Below, piece by piece: positions 41,806 to 51,252 of a stretch of DNA of 64,000 nt. Below the pieces are notes generated by a model. The model searched no databases. It was not told where the DNA came from and worked only from the letters and a program-made list of their open reading frames with translations. Origin of the DNA: Thermoplasmata archaeon (GTDB taxonomy: Archaea; Thermoplasmatota; Thermoplasmata; Methanomassiliicoccales; Methanomethylophilaceae); contig SUSZ01000002.1 in the NCBI GenBank assembly GCA_015063165.1, forward strand, positions 36,517 through 100,516, written 5' to 3'. A program made the translations under genes and the position numbers. Each line of letters begins with the position of its first letter. The first letter of the stretch is position 1.

Positions 41806-43691
41806 TGCTTCTGCTGGTTCTGCTGGCCGTTCTGGTTCCGGTCGCGTTCGAGGAGTCTTCCGCGGAGGAAGAGGAGAACCTATTGGTCGACTACGGGAAC
41901 GGCGGCACCGCCTGGTACCCCATCGTGAGCTCGCAGTCGCTCAAGGACGTCATATCCGGGACTCTCGGCGCAGCCGGCGTGGAGGTGACCTTCGTCGCCG
42001 AAGGGGACTCCCAGCATGTCCTGTCCGTCGGAGGGCAGGGCCCGGTCACCGTCGGGAACGGATCCACTCCTGAGATGCAGGAATGCGTCTGGAGGGTGTA
42101 CTCCTGGAACGGCGTGTCGTGGGATTCGGAGCCTAGGGACGTCGATCTAGAGTACTATGGCGGCTCCTATGCCCTCGGATTCTATCCGAAGGACTCCATC
42201 TTCCCTGTTTCCACCCCGGACTACAAGGACGTATGGACCTGCTACAGGGGCAACTCCTCGTCCGACGGGGTGAGCCAGTCATATGGCCCTAACTCCGTGG
42301 CCGTCCCGCTGGAATGGTATAACACATACGCGGGTGCCGTGGATTGCTCCATACTGTACGCGGACGGACTCATCTATCACACCGTCTCCGGACTCTATGG
42401 GAGCGTCGGGATGGACAGCCTCGCCTGGCTCTTCTGCCTCGACCCCGTGAACAAGCAGGTGGCGTGGTCCGTGAGCTACTCCGATTCCGGGAACATAGAG
42501 ATCTCCACCCCTGTCATAATCGGGGACCTCATCGTCCTGACCTCCGGGAACTGGCACGTCTACTGCCTCGACAGGTACACCGGGGAGGCCGTGGCCGAGC
42601 TCTATCCGTCCGGTTCGTCCCCGGACATGTGCAACCTGTCCCGTTCCACCGAGTACGAGGTCATGAAGGGCGATCCCTCCGTGGTCAACGACAGGGTCCA
42701 TGTGAACGCCGGCCCCACCAACGCGGTCTACGACAGCGGAGCCCTGTACTTCGACGCCTCCGACGGAGTCATGAGATGCTACTCCGTCGACAGGGAGGAG
42801 GGCTTCAAGGAGATCTGGACCCATGTCCCGGATTCTTCCGTCAGAGGATGCTTCTACTACTATCCCCCGTACGTGACGGAAGTCGACGGCAGGAAGGTCG
42901 TCGTATCCGGCAACTACAGCGGCAGGATGATGTGCGTGGACGCCCTGACAGGCGAAGGCATCTGGGCGACCACGATAAAAGACTCCAACGGCAACAAGTC
43001 CGGAGCCGTGACGGCTGTCGCTGTCTGCAGCGGCGGCAGGGCGGTCGTATGCTTCGCCGACGGAGGCATGGTGTCCTCCAGCGGAGGGGTGGCCCTCGTA
43101 GACCTCAGGGACGGCTCCGTCATATGGGAGCAGGACGTCCTCTGCAGCAAGCCCGCCGTCAGCGGGGACAGGTTCTATTCTTACGTTTCATACTCTTCGA
43201 AGGGCGCCAAGACCCTTGTCGACCATGACACCGGCGCCGAGGTCGAGCTGGTGAGCGGATACTGCTCGTTCTGGGTCGACGACGGCACTCTGAGCTGGAT
43301 CCATCCTACCGACGCTCTTTCCGTCGGAGGAGTGACCTACTGCGGGAGCAGGATCTACAGCATGGACTACTCCCCAGGGTCCGAGGGGTCCCTCGGAGGC
43401 TGGGTCTGGTGCATGGACGCCGATACCGGGGACGTCGTATGGAAGGCCAAGGTCAGCCCCTACGGCGGAGCCGCATACAGCATGTGCGCGCCCACGGTCG
43501 TGGACGGGAAGGTCCTCGTCGGAAACGACTATGGCGCGATCTATGTCATTTCAGAGGTCCACGGGGAGGAGCGCCAGAGCTCTTCCGAGATATCTTACGA
43601 GTCGCAAGGGCTGGCCCACTGGTCGTGGATAGCCCTTTTCGTCGCTTTGGCGGCATTCACCTTCGTCATGGTGAGGATGTACAGGAGCTGA
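41790..43691 (+). CDS. surface beta-propeller protein (PQQ-like repeats) with DUF4430-like N-module and C-terminal TM anchor
   Basis: Start MAKRLMLLLVLLAVLVPVAF (16-nt overlap with the upstream gene). Repeated ...(L/V)Y..(S/D).G.(L/M/V).C(L/V)D..TGE..W units (HVYCLDRYTGE, MMCVDALTGEGIW, VWCMDADTGDVVWK, VALVDLRDGSVIWE). Confidence 0.7.
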   Translation: MAKRLMLLLVLLAVLVPVAFEESSAEEEENLLVDYGNGGTAWYPIVSSQSLKDVISGTLGAAGVEVTFVAEGDSQHVLSVGGQGPVTVGNGSTPEMQECVWRVYSWNGVSWDSEPRDVDLEYYGGSYALGFYPKDSIFPVSTPDYKDVWTCYRGNSSSDGVSQSYGPNSVAVPLEWYNTYAGAVDCSILYADGLIYHTVSGLYGSVGMDSLAWLFCLDPVNKQVAWSVSYSDSGNIEISTPVIIGDLIVLTSGNWHVYCLDRYTGEAVAELYPSGSSPDMCNLSRSTEYEVMKGDPSVVNDRVHVNAGPTNAVYDSGALYFDASDGVMRCYSVDREEGFKEIWTHVPDSSVRGCFYYYPPYVTEVDGRKVVVSGNYSGRMMCVDALTGEGIWATTIKDSNGNKSGAVTAVAVCSGGRAVVCFADGGMVSSSGGVALVDLRDGSVIWEQDVLCSKPAVSGDRFYSYVSYSSKGAKTLVDHDTGAEVELVSGYCSFWVDDGTLSWIHPTDALSVGGVTYCGSRIYSMDYSPGSEGSLGGWVWCMDADTGDVVWKAKVSPYGGAAYSMCAPTVVDGKVLVGNDYGAIYVISEVHGEERQSSSEISYESQGLAHWSWIALFVALAAFTFVMVRMYRS

Positions 43692-43695
43692 TAAG

Positions 43696-44844
43696 TTGGG
43701 AAAGGAAGGATCAGGCCCGTTGAAAGGGTTCATAGGGACTTTGCGCAAGGGCGTGAGGTCGATGAACGACAGCATGGTGCCCAGCGATGACACCAGGAGC
43801 GAGATCAAGATCAAGAGGAGGAGGTTCAGGATCATCCTTCTCATGGGGACGGTGTTCCTCTTCGCCATGTTCCTGATCTCGATATCCATCTCGTCGGGAG
43901 GCATCATACCGATCTCGGACGCGTTCATGTTCCTGATATCCGCCATCGCCAAGGGAGGTGAGGACCTCACCACCGAGGAGCTGTACGTGTTCTCGTCGAG
44001 GCTTCCCAGGGTGGTCGCCGCCATAGGCGTGGGAGCCGGGCTGGCCATTGCAGGCTGCATGTTCCAGGCCCTCATCAGGAACCCTCTGGTCGACCCTTAC
44101 ATCACAGGAGTTTCGTCCGGAGCGGGATGTCTCGCCGTCGCCGCGTCCACCACCATATCCAGCTTCGCCTTCCTCGCCGGATACAGTGCGTACATCATCC
44201 CTATCGCGGCCATCGTCGGAGGTCTTCTGGCCTTCGCGTTCACCCTCGCGGTCGCCGAAGGGGCGGGAGGTTCCGCCACGAACTACATCCTCTCGGGAGT
44301 CATCGTGGGATTCGCGTTCTCGTCGCTCCAGACCGTGTTCCTTTCCCTGAACAAGGATAATCTCACCAACGTCATGTGGTGGCTGTACGGGTCCTTCGGG
44401 AACATCACATGGGAGAACGCGTTCCTGGTGCTGATCCCGGCGCTGGGCATATCGATAATAGCGATGCTGTGGGCCAGGGAGTTCAACGTCTTCATGTCCG
44501 GGGAGGACCAGGCCAGGCTCCTGGGCCTGAACGTGAGGAGGTTCAAGGCGATCATGATGGTCATCGCGTCGGTGCTGACCTCGGTGTGCGTCGCCTTCGT
44601 CGGGGTCATAGGATTCGTGGGACTCATTGTCCCTCACGCATGCAGGATGCTCCTTGGAAGCGACCACAGGCTGATCATGCCCGCTTCCATAGTTCTGGGA
44701 GCCTGCCTCATGCTCTTCGCGGACATCATAGCCAGGGTGGCCATATCGCCGCTGGAGCTTCCTGTGGGAGCGATCACCGCTCTCATCGGTACCCCGGTGT
44801 TTGCTTACATGCTGGTCAGAAGGGGGCGCGAATATGACGGATGA
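43696..44844 (+). CDS. FecCD/BtuC-family ABC importer permease
   Basis: RLPRVVAAIGVGAGLAIAGCMFQALIRNPLVDPYITGVSSGAG is typical of the family. The TTG start has AGGAG 8 nt upstream; an alternative ATG lies at 43762. Confidence 0.9.
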   Translation: MGKEGSGPLKGFIGTLRKGVRSMNDSMVPSDDTRSEIKIKRRRFRIILLMGTVFLFAMFLISISISSGGIIPISDAFMFLISAIAKGGEDLTTEELYVFSSRLPRVVAAIGVGAGLAIAGCMFQALIRNPLVDPYITGVSSGAGCLAVAASTTISSFAFLAGYSAYIIPIAAIVGGLLAFAFTLAVAEGAGGSATNYILSGVIVGFAFSSLQTVFLSLNKDNLTNVMWWLYGSFGNITWENAFLVLIPALGISIIAMLWAREFNVFMSGEDQARLLGLNVRRFKAIMMVIASVLTSVCVAFVGVIGFVGLIVPHACRMLLGSDHRLIMPASIVLGACLMLFADIIARVAISPLELPVGAITALIGTPVFAYMLVRRGREYDG

Positions 44845-45637
44845 GAAGCCGATGATGGAGATACGCGACCTCAGGATATCCTTCGACGATTTCGAGGCCC
44901 TTCATGGGGTGACCTTCGATGTCCCGAAGGGGAAGCTGGTGGGTCTGATCGGTCCGAACGGATGCGGGAAGTCCACGATGATGAAGTGCATCTCGAAGCT
45001 CCACACCCATTGGACCGGAAACATAACGATAGACGGGGAGGACACCTCCAAGATGCGCCCTCCGGACGTCGCCAAGGTCGTGGCCAACGTTCCTGCCGAG
45101 GTGGGATCGATCTACGGCATGTCGGTGATGGACATGGTCATGCTCGGGAGATACCCGTTCGTGAACAAGGTCTGGTGGGAGTCCGAGGAGGACGAGAAGG
45201 TCGTCAGGGAGGCCCTCCAGACGTTCGGCCTTGACCATTACAGGAGGAAGCAGGTGTCTCTGCTGTCCTCGGGAGAGAAGCAGCGTACCCTCATCGCGAA
45301 GGCGTACGTCCAGAATCCCAAGGTCATGCTGGTCGACGAGCCCACGTCCCATCTGGACATGAAGTACAAGCTCGAGGTCATGGAGTATCTCCAGAAGATG
45401 GCCCGCAACGACATGACCGTTATGGTCGCGGAGCACGACATCTCTCTTATGGCCAGATACTGCGACCTGTGCATCATCATGAAGAAGGGAAGCATAGTGA
45501 CCATCGGGGACCCGAAGGAGGTCATCACCGAGGACCTGATCAGAGAGGTCTACGAGGTGGAGTCCTGCGTCGGAGTCGACCGCGAAGGCGAGATCTACGT
45601 CCTCCCCAAGAGATATATCAGGACGGAAGGCGAGTGA
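44834..45637 (+). CDS. ABC importer ATP-binding protein (BtuD/FepC-like)
   Basis: Start MTDEKPMMEIRDL. Walker A GPNGCGKST, signature LSSGEKQR, Walker B MLVDEPTSHLD. 11-nt overlap with the permease. Confidence 0.92.
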   Translation: MTDEKPMMEIRDLRISFDDFEALHGVTFDVPKGKLVGLIGPNGCGKSTMMKCISKLHTHWTGNITIDGEDTSKMRPPDVAKVVANVPAEVGSIYGMSVMDMVMLGRYPFVNKVWWESEEDEKVVREALQTFGLDHYRRKQVSLLSSGEKQRTLIAKAYVQNPKVMLVDEPTSHLDMKYKLEVMEYLQKMARNDMTVMVAEHDISLMARYCDLCIIMKKGSIVTIGDPKEVITEDLIREVYEVESCVGVDREGEIYVLPKRYIRTEGE

Positions 45638-45638
45638 G

Positions 45639-48572
45639 ATGCGCATCCGTGTACTCCTGCTGCTGATGGTCCTCGTCCTTTCCGCGGTCGTCGCAGCCGA
45701 CGACTCTTCCGCGGAGGAGACACATACCGTATCGTTCGCCATACCGGACGGCACGGTGATATCCCAGCAGCAGGTGGCGCACGGAGGGCAGGTTGACCTG
45801 ACGCTCATCCCCTCTATCGAGGTCCCCGACGACGTCACCGTCTACTGGGGAGCGGTCACGCAGCCGATCTATCAGGACACCACATTCACCGCCACGTTCG
45901 TCTCCAGGACTCCCGCCTACGTCGTCAGCTACTACGACGACAGCGGGAGCATCTGCCTCTACAGGGAGGTCGTGAAGGAGGGCGATCCCGCCTCGTACGA
46001 CGGGGTCCCCAGCAAGGCTTCCGACGACATGTACGACTACGTCTTCGCCGGTTGGAGCCAGGACCTCTCCAAGGTGACCTCCGACATGGATGTCAAGGCT
46101 GTCTTCGACCCCGTCCCTAAGGGATGCGAGGTCAACTTCTACGACTACGACAGGACTCTGATATGCGTCAAGAAGGTTCCGTACGGGGAGGATCTCACGG
46201 ACATGCCCGAGAACCCCACCAGGCCCTCGACCGTCGGATACAGCTACACCTTCGTCTGCTGGAGCATCACTCCCAACGGGAACAGCCCCGCCGACTTCAC
46301 CAACATAACCGACACCCTGTTCGTGTTCGCGTTCTACCAGCCCTCACTCGCCGAGTACACCGTGAGGTTCCACCAGGGCTCCGAGGTCGTCATGGAGTCC
46401 GTCGTGAAGTACAACTCCGCCATAGGGGCGGCTTCCGCGCTGGACATGTTCGACGGCGGCATCGCGCTGATGTACAGGGACCCTGCCTTCACCCGTCCGA
46501 TGAGCGTCAACACGGTCATCATCGGAGACACCGACGTTTACGTCCGCGAGGTCCCCGGGATCTACGAGGCGGAGAGGGACTCCAGCGGCAGCGTCATAGG
46601 CAACGTGATAACGGTCAAGCACGACGACACCACCGTGTCCAGGATGGTCTCCGAGAACGGGAGGGTCGTACTTTACGACATCTCGCAGTTCGGCAGCGGA
46701 TGCATAGCGTCCATAGACGCAGAATCGATCAGGAAGGTGGCCGAGAGGTTCGGCGACGATGCGCTCCTGAGCATGAGTGTCCCCCGCGGGACCGTCTCCA
46801 TCAGGGCGGGGGACCTCGTCTCCCTCGCGGATGACGACATCACCCTCGCGATAAACAACGGCCCTTCCAGCATCAAGATAACCTCCGCTCTGAAGAGGAT
46901 CAACTACTCCGCATTCTACAGCATCGTGCTGAGGGTCGGAGGGCATTCCATAACCGAGCTCCCGGAGGCCATGTCCCCTGCGACGTTCGACATCCCCGTC
47001 AGCCTGGCGGAAGGCCTTCACGGAGCCGTCTGGAACATAACTTCCCGGGGAGCGCTCGAGCAGATGGAAGCGGAATACGCGAACGGGGTCGTCAGCTTCT
47101 CGTCCAGCGTGATACAGTTCTACGCCGTCGGAACGGACAGCGAAGGGGCCGCCGAGGTCAAGGAGCAGGTTGTGGTCCCGTACGGCGACACCCTCTGCAC
47201 CATCGCAGCCGAGGACGGCGTCCAGAAGGCCACCGTGACCTCCATGGCCGTTGACTGCCTCGGAGGGGTGATGTTCGTGCCCTCCTCGTTCAGCTCCCGC
47301 CAGGTCATTGCCATGGATGCGGGCGCTCTGAACGACGTCAAGAACGCGGCGGCGATCGTCATCCCCGGCGGAGTGGAGCGCTTCAGCTGGGAGAACTGGT
47401 CGAACACCGTCCCGGACGTCTATTTCCTCGGAGACGCTCCGCAGTTCACGGGCGAGGTCCCTTCCTCGGTGACCGTCTACAGGCTCGAGAACGCCTCGGG
47501 ATGGGACGATACCGCCGAACAGGTGCCTGTGTACCTCTACGACGGAGCGTACAAGAAGGACCCGTTCTCGTTCTACTATTACATCGTCAACGGCGAGGCC
47601 GTCGTGCACAGGTACGTCACAGGAGTTTACGTGCAGATACCCAAGGCGGTGGCTGCAGCAGGAAGCGAGTATCCCGTCTCTTACATCGGATGCTCCGCGT
47701 TCATGTGGTCCTCAGAGCTATACGACACCTACGGTCTCCGCTACACCAGCTACAATCTCGAGACGGTCGAGATCCCCTCCTCCGTCAGGGACATAATGAC
47801 GGACGCCTTCCGCAGCTCCACCCTCAAGACGGTCTACGACATGGGTTCGGTGGAGCGCATATGGGACGGAGCGTTCAGCGGATGCACCTCGCTATCAGGC
47901 GTGACGTACCCTGACACGCTGCTGTACATCGGCTCCGGAGCCTTCAGAGGATGCTCCGGCAAGACCTTCGCCAAGGTCAACCTCCCGGACGGCGTAAGGG
48001 TCATCGGCGACGCCGCGTTCTACGGGTGCAACAACGTCACCGGTGTCAAGCTCGGGAAGGCCATAGAGGCGATCCCGGCGGACTGCTTCGGATTCTGTTC
48101 TGCCCTCAACAGCATATCCATCCCGGATTCGGTGAAGACGATAGGCGAAGGCGCGTTCTTCAACTGCAGCAGCATCCTCTACATGGACCTGAACAACGTC
48201 GTGTCTGTAGGTCGCAACGCGTTCGCCAATTCCGGCTCCACATCCATGCTGGAATGCGTCGTCTTCGGAGAGTCTTTGGCCACTCTGGGCTCGGGATCGT
48301 TCTCCAACTGCGCTTCTATCGCGGAGATAGAGGCGTACTGCGCCAGGCCGGATAGCATTGACGATGCCTTCACCGGTGTTGACCTGGAGTCTGTGAGCTA
48401 TTACGTCGAGACCGAGGACTATGACACCTGGAAGGCGCATTACGACAAGGTGGAGCTTCTGGACGAGGCTATCGAGGAGAAGAAGGACCATACGATGACA
48501 TACGTTTCCGTCGGGCTCCTGATCTTCTTCATAATAGCGGGGATCCTGTCGTTCAGATATCGCATGAAGTGA
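45639..48572 (+). CDS. adhesin-like surface protein: signal peptide, four Flg_new repeats, BspA-type leucine-rich repeats, C-terminal TM anchor
   Basis: 977 aa. Flg_new-type units (YVVSYYDDSG...YVFAGWSQDLSKVTSDMDVKAVF). LRR units of the form (A/F)F.(G/N)C..L..(I/V)..P.SV..IG..AF. Terminal hydrophobic helix plus RYRMK. Confidence 0.8.
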   Translation: MRIRVLLLLMVLVLSAVVAADDSSAEETHTVSFAIPDGTVISQQQVAHGGQVDLTLIPSIEVPDDVTVYWGAVTQPIYQDTTFTATFVSRTPAYVVSYYDDSGSICLYREVVKEGDPASYDGVPSKASDDMYDYVFAGWSQDLSKVTSDMDVKAVFDPVPKGCEVNFYDYDRTLICVKKVPYGEDLTDMPENPTRPSTVGYSYTFVCWSITPNGNSPADFTNITDTLFVFAFYQPSLAEYTVRFHQGSEVVMESVVKYNSAIGAASALDMFDGGIALMYRDPAFTRPMSVNTVIIGDTDVYVREVPGIYEAERDSSGSVIGNVITVKHDDTTVSRMVSENGRVVLYDISQFGSGCIASIDAESIRKVAERFGDDALLSMSVPRGTVSIRAGDLVSLADDDITLAINNGPSSIKITSALKRINYSAFYSIVLRVGGHSITELPEAMSPATFDIPVSLAEGLHGAVWNITSRGALEQMEAEYANGVVSFSSSVIQFYAVGTDSEGAAEVKEQVVVPYGDTLCTIAAEDGVQKATVTSMAVDCLGGVMFVPSSFSSRQVIAMDAGALNDVKNAAAIVIPGGVERFSWENWSNTVPDVYFLGDAPQFTGEVPSSVTVYRLENASGWDDTAEQVPVYLYDGAYKKDPFSFYYYIVNGEAVVHRYVTGVYVQIPKAVAAAGSEYPVSYIGCSAFMWSSELYDTYGLRYTSYNLETVEIPSSVRDIMTDAFRSSTLKTVYDMGSVERIWDGAFSGCTSLSGVTYPDTLLYIGSGAFRGCSGKTFAKVNLPDGVRVIGDAAFYGCNNVTGVKLGKAIEAIPADCFGFCSALNSISIPDSVKTIGEGAFFNCSSILYMDLNNVVSVGRNAFANSGSTSMLECVVFGESLATLGSGSFSNCASIAEIEAYCARPDSIDDAFTGVDLESVSYYVETEDYDTWKAHYDKVELLDEAIEEKKDHTMTYVSVGLLIFFIIAGILSFRYRMK

Positions 48573-48739
48573 TCCGAGAAGAAGGGGGGCCAAGCCCCGA
48601 CGAGGTACGAACCTTTGCGGTCCTGGAAAGGGTCGGCCAAGGTTTGGATGAAGATCTGATCAGAGCCCTTGTGTTCGTTCCGTCTGGAGTCCTCTCTTTC
48701 TTTTAATGGTGAGCGCATATCCGTTCAGGGTCGAATATA

Positions 48740-49471
48740 ATGGATGTCAGGTCGGAGCTTCTTTCGTTGAAGGACGAGGCCAATGCCGAATTCGAGGCCA
48801 AGCTCATTCCAGGCAACCACGTCATCATCGGCGCCAGGCTTCCCGAGATGAGGAAGCTTGCAAAGAAGGTCGCCAGAAACGGATGGAAGGAGTATCTGGG
48901 CACATGGGACCCGGAGTATCTCGAGGACTACATGATGAGGGACTTGGTGATAGCCTATGCGAAGGTCTCTCTGGAAGAGAGGCTTCGCCTGTATGCGGAT
49001 TTCGTCCCTCTGATAGACAACTGGTCCGTGTGCGACTCTTTCTGCTCGTCGTGGAAGCCTCAACCTGACGAGAAGGGGGCCTTGTGGAGCTTCATACTTC
49101 CGTACATGGACACGGACGACGAGTTCCAGATGAGGTTCGCGACCGTCATGATGATGGACCATTTCATCGAGGACGGCCACGTCGACAAGGTCATCGAGGA
49201 GATGGACCGCGCCAGGAACGACGGGTACTACCTCAAGATGGCGGTGGCATGGTGTCTCGCGACATGCATGGCGAAGTATCCGGAGAAGGTCATGGCCTAC
49301 CTGAAGGACGGGAGCTCTCTCGACGACTGGACCTATCTGAAGACGATCCAGAAGGCGCTGGAGTCGTACCGCATATCCGACGACATGAAGGAAGAGCTGA
49401 GGCTGATGAGGAAGGCCTGCAGGGAATCCCCAGGCCGTCAAAATCGACATCCGTCGTTGGACAACCATTAA
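48740..49471 (+). CDS. DNA alkylation repair protein (AlkD-like HEAT-repeat family)
   Basis: 243 aa. ...RLPEMRKLAKK...LIDNWSVCDSF...YLKMAVAWCLA pattern typical of PF08713-type proteins. Confidence 0.75.
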   Translation: MDVRSELLSLKDEANAEFEAKLIPGNHVIIGARLPEMRKLAKKVARNGWKEYLGTWDPEYLEDYMMRDLVIAYAKVSLEERLRLYADFVPLIDNWSVCDSFCSSWKPQPDEKGALWSFILPYMDTDDEFQMRFATVMMMDHFIEDGHVDKVIEEMDRARNDGYYLKMAVAWCLATCMAKYPEKVMAYLKDGSSLDDWTYLKTIQKALESYRISDDMKEELRLMRKACRESPGRQNRHPSLDNH

Positions 49472-49495
49472 ACGGCCATTCGCATATGACATCCC

Positions 49496-50683
49496 ATGGA
49501 ACCTTCGTCTAAGCCTTACGCCGTTCTAGCGGTCGCGGTGCCAGCAGCCGCCACGATAATCGCATGGGCTTTGGGCTGGAGCATGTTCCAGATATTCTTC
49601 GTTGCGATCGTCATGTTCTGCTGCATCCCGATCGTCTGCATGGGGCTTTGCCAGTGGATGCATGGCAACGGATACAGATTCCTCAACGTCGGAGTCGACT
49701 GGAGCACCAAGAAGGATAAGGAATCCAGAGAGATAGCCTCCCGCTGGGGGAAGTGGATAGTCATCGGAACCATTGTTCTTGCTCTGGCATGTGCCTTCAT
49801 AACGTACAATCTCATCGTAGGGCTGCTTCTGATGGGGCTATCCATCGTGCTCATGGTGGCTCCTATTTTCAAGGGGCTGAGCAAAGGCTCGCCACTGCCC
49901 TCGTGGTCCAAGGGAACTCGCATCGCGGTCGTAGCTGTAGCCCTCGTTCTCGCCGTGGTCCCCTTTATGTACATAGTCGGAGGGGGCATGGGGACCACGG
50001 AATCCGTGGACGTCTCCGTGGGCGACGACAGCTTCACCGTGAAGGCTCCTTTCTTCGATCACACGTTCTCGTACGACGAGGTCGACGACTGCCAGTTCAT
50101 GTACCCCTTCGATAAGGGAAAGCGCGTGATGGGCTACCATTCCGGTACGATATCGAGCGGGCATTACAACAACAGCCTGTTCGGTGACTACGAGCTGGCG
50201 GCCTACACGCAGGTGGAAGCCTGCATAGTGGTGTCCGTGGACGGGGAGATTTACGCGTTCAACCAGGACACGGACGAGCTGACGACGGATGTGTACGACG
50301 AGCTGATAAAGAAGTTGGATGGCTACCGATCAGACCGAGGAGCGAGGAATCCATTCGTCGTCGAAGCATGGGGCATCGGAGATCTCCAGCTCCTCGCCGA
50401 CGTCCAGGACCATCCTGTCGCGAGCGGCTATGGTGCGCACTCCGGTCTCCTCCTCCACGTAGGCGGCCTCCTTCTCCGGTCCGGCCCTTATCAGGACCAC
50501 TCCCAGATGCACGAATACCGTCAGCTCCGGCTTCACTATGTTCGCGAACAACACCGCATCGTCCGTGCAGGTGTGGTAGTCTATCCTGTTTCCGCGAGGC
50601 GTGGTCACGGGCAGGATCAGCACCCTGCTTCCGATGTACTGCTTCGCGATCTCCTCCGTGAAGGACGTGTCGCTCACGTATGA
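49496..50683 (+). CDS. membrane protein with soluble C-terminal domain, function unknown; 3' end doubtful
   Basis: About 5 TM segments are followed by a soluble domain (…FTVKAPFFDHTFSYDEVDDCQFMY...GEIYAFNQDTDELTTDVYDELIKKL). The last ~115 codons are antisense to the MBL gene. Confidence 0.5.
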   Translation: MEPSSKPYAVLAVAVPAAATIIAWALGWSMFQIFFVAIVMFCCIPIVCMGLCQWMHGNGYRFLNVGVDWSTKKDKESREIASRWGKWIVIGTIVLALACAFITYNLIVGLLLMGLSIVLMVAPIFKGLSKGSPLPSWSKGTRIAVVAVALVLAVVPFMYIVGGGMGTTESVDVSVGDDSFTVKAPFFDHTFSYDEVDDCQFMYPFDKGKRVMGYHSGTISSGHYNNSLFGDYELAAYTQVEACIVVSVDGEIYAFNQDTDELTTDVYDELIKKLDGYRSDRGARNPFVVEAWGIGDLQLLADVQDHPVASGYGAHSGLLLHVGGLLLRSGPYQDHSQMHEYRQLRLHYVREQHRIVRAGVVVYPVSARRGHGQDQHPASDVLLRDLLREGRVAHV

Positions 50684-51163
50684 GACGTTCCCGTGGCTGG
50701 TGTGGAACGTGAAACCGACGTTGGTCGGGTCGCTGTGGAGCGCCTTGTGGATGTCCACCCGCATCCCGTCCACATCCAGGACGTCGCCAGGCTTGAACGC
50801 CATGCATTTCGTGGGGAGCTCGCGGTGGTACTTCGATATGCAGGGCCCTAGCCCTCCTTCGCCTTCGATGACCGTCTTGGATCCGTACAGGCTCCCTCTC
50901 CTCTTCCATCCTCCGTACGTCATCCCTTCGATGACGCATTCGGCGTCCGAATAGTGGTCCGGGTGGCAGTGCGAGATCATCACCGAATCGGTGCTGGCGG
51001 GGTCGTAGTGTATCTTGTGCATCTGCGTGAGCGCGCCGGGCCCCGGATCCATGTGGAGGAACTTCCCGTCGTGCTCTATGAGCATCCCGCCGGTGCTGCG
51101 GACCTGGAACATGGTGGTGTGCCGGCCCCCTCCCGTGCCTAAAAATGTGATGCGGAATGTCAT
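50330..51163 (-). CDS. MBL-fold metallo-hydrolase
   Basis: 277 aa. HCHPDH (HxHxDH) motif plus downstream His/Asp ligand positions. Confidence 0.85.
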   Translation of the reverse strand: MTFRITFLGTGGGRHTTMFQVRSTGGMLIEHDGKFLHMDPGPGALTQMHKIHYDPASTDSVMISHCHPDHYSDAECVIEGMTYGGWKRRGSLYGSKTVIEGEGGLGPCISKYHRELPTKCMAFKPGDVLDVDGMRVDIHKALHSDPTNVGFTFHTSHGNVSYVSDTSFTEEIAKQYIGSRVLILPVTTPRGNRIDYHTCTDDAVLFANIVKPELTVFVHLGVVLIRAGPEKEAAYVEEETGVRTIAARDRMVLDVGEELEISDAPCFDDEWIPRSSV

Positions 51164-51252
51164 GTCCCGATAATCGATAGCACGATATTTCGTTTTTTCC
51201 GAATCCCGCGAGTGAGAAACAGTTATGACTTCAAGACATCATTCCCACGGAC

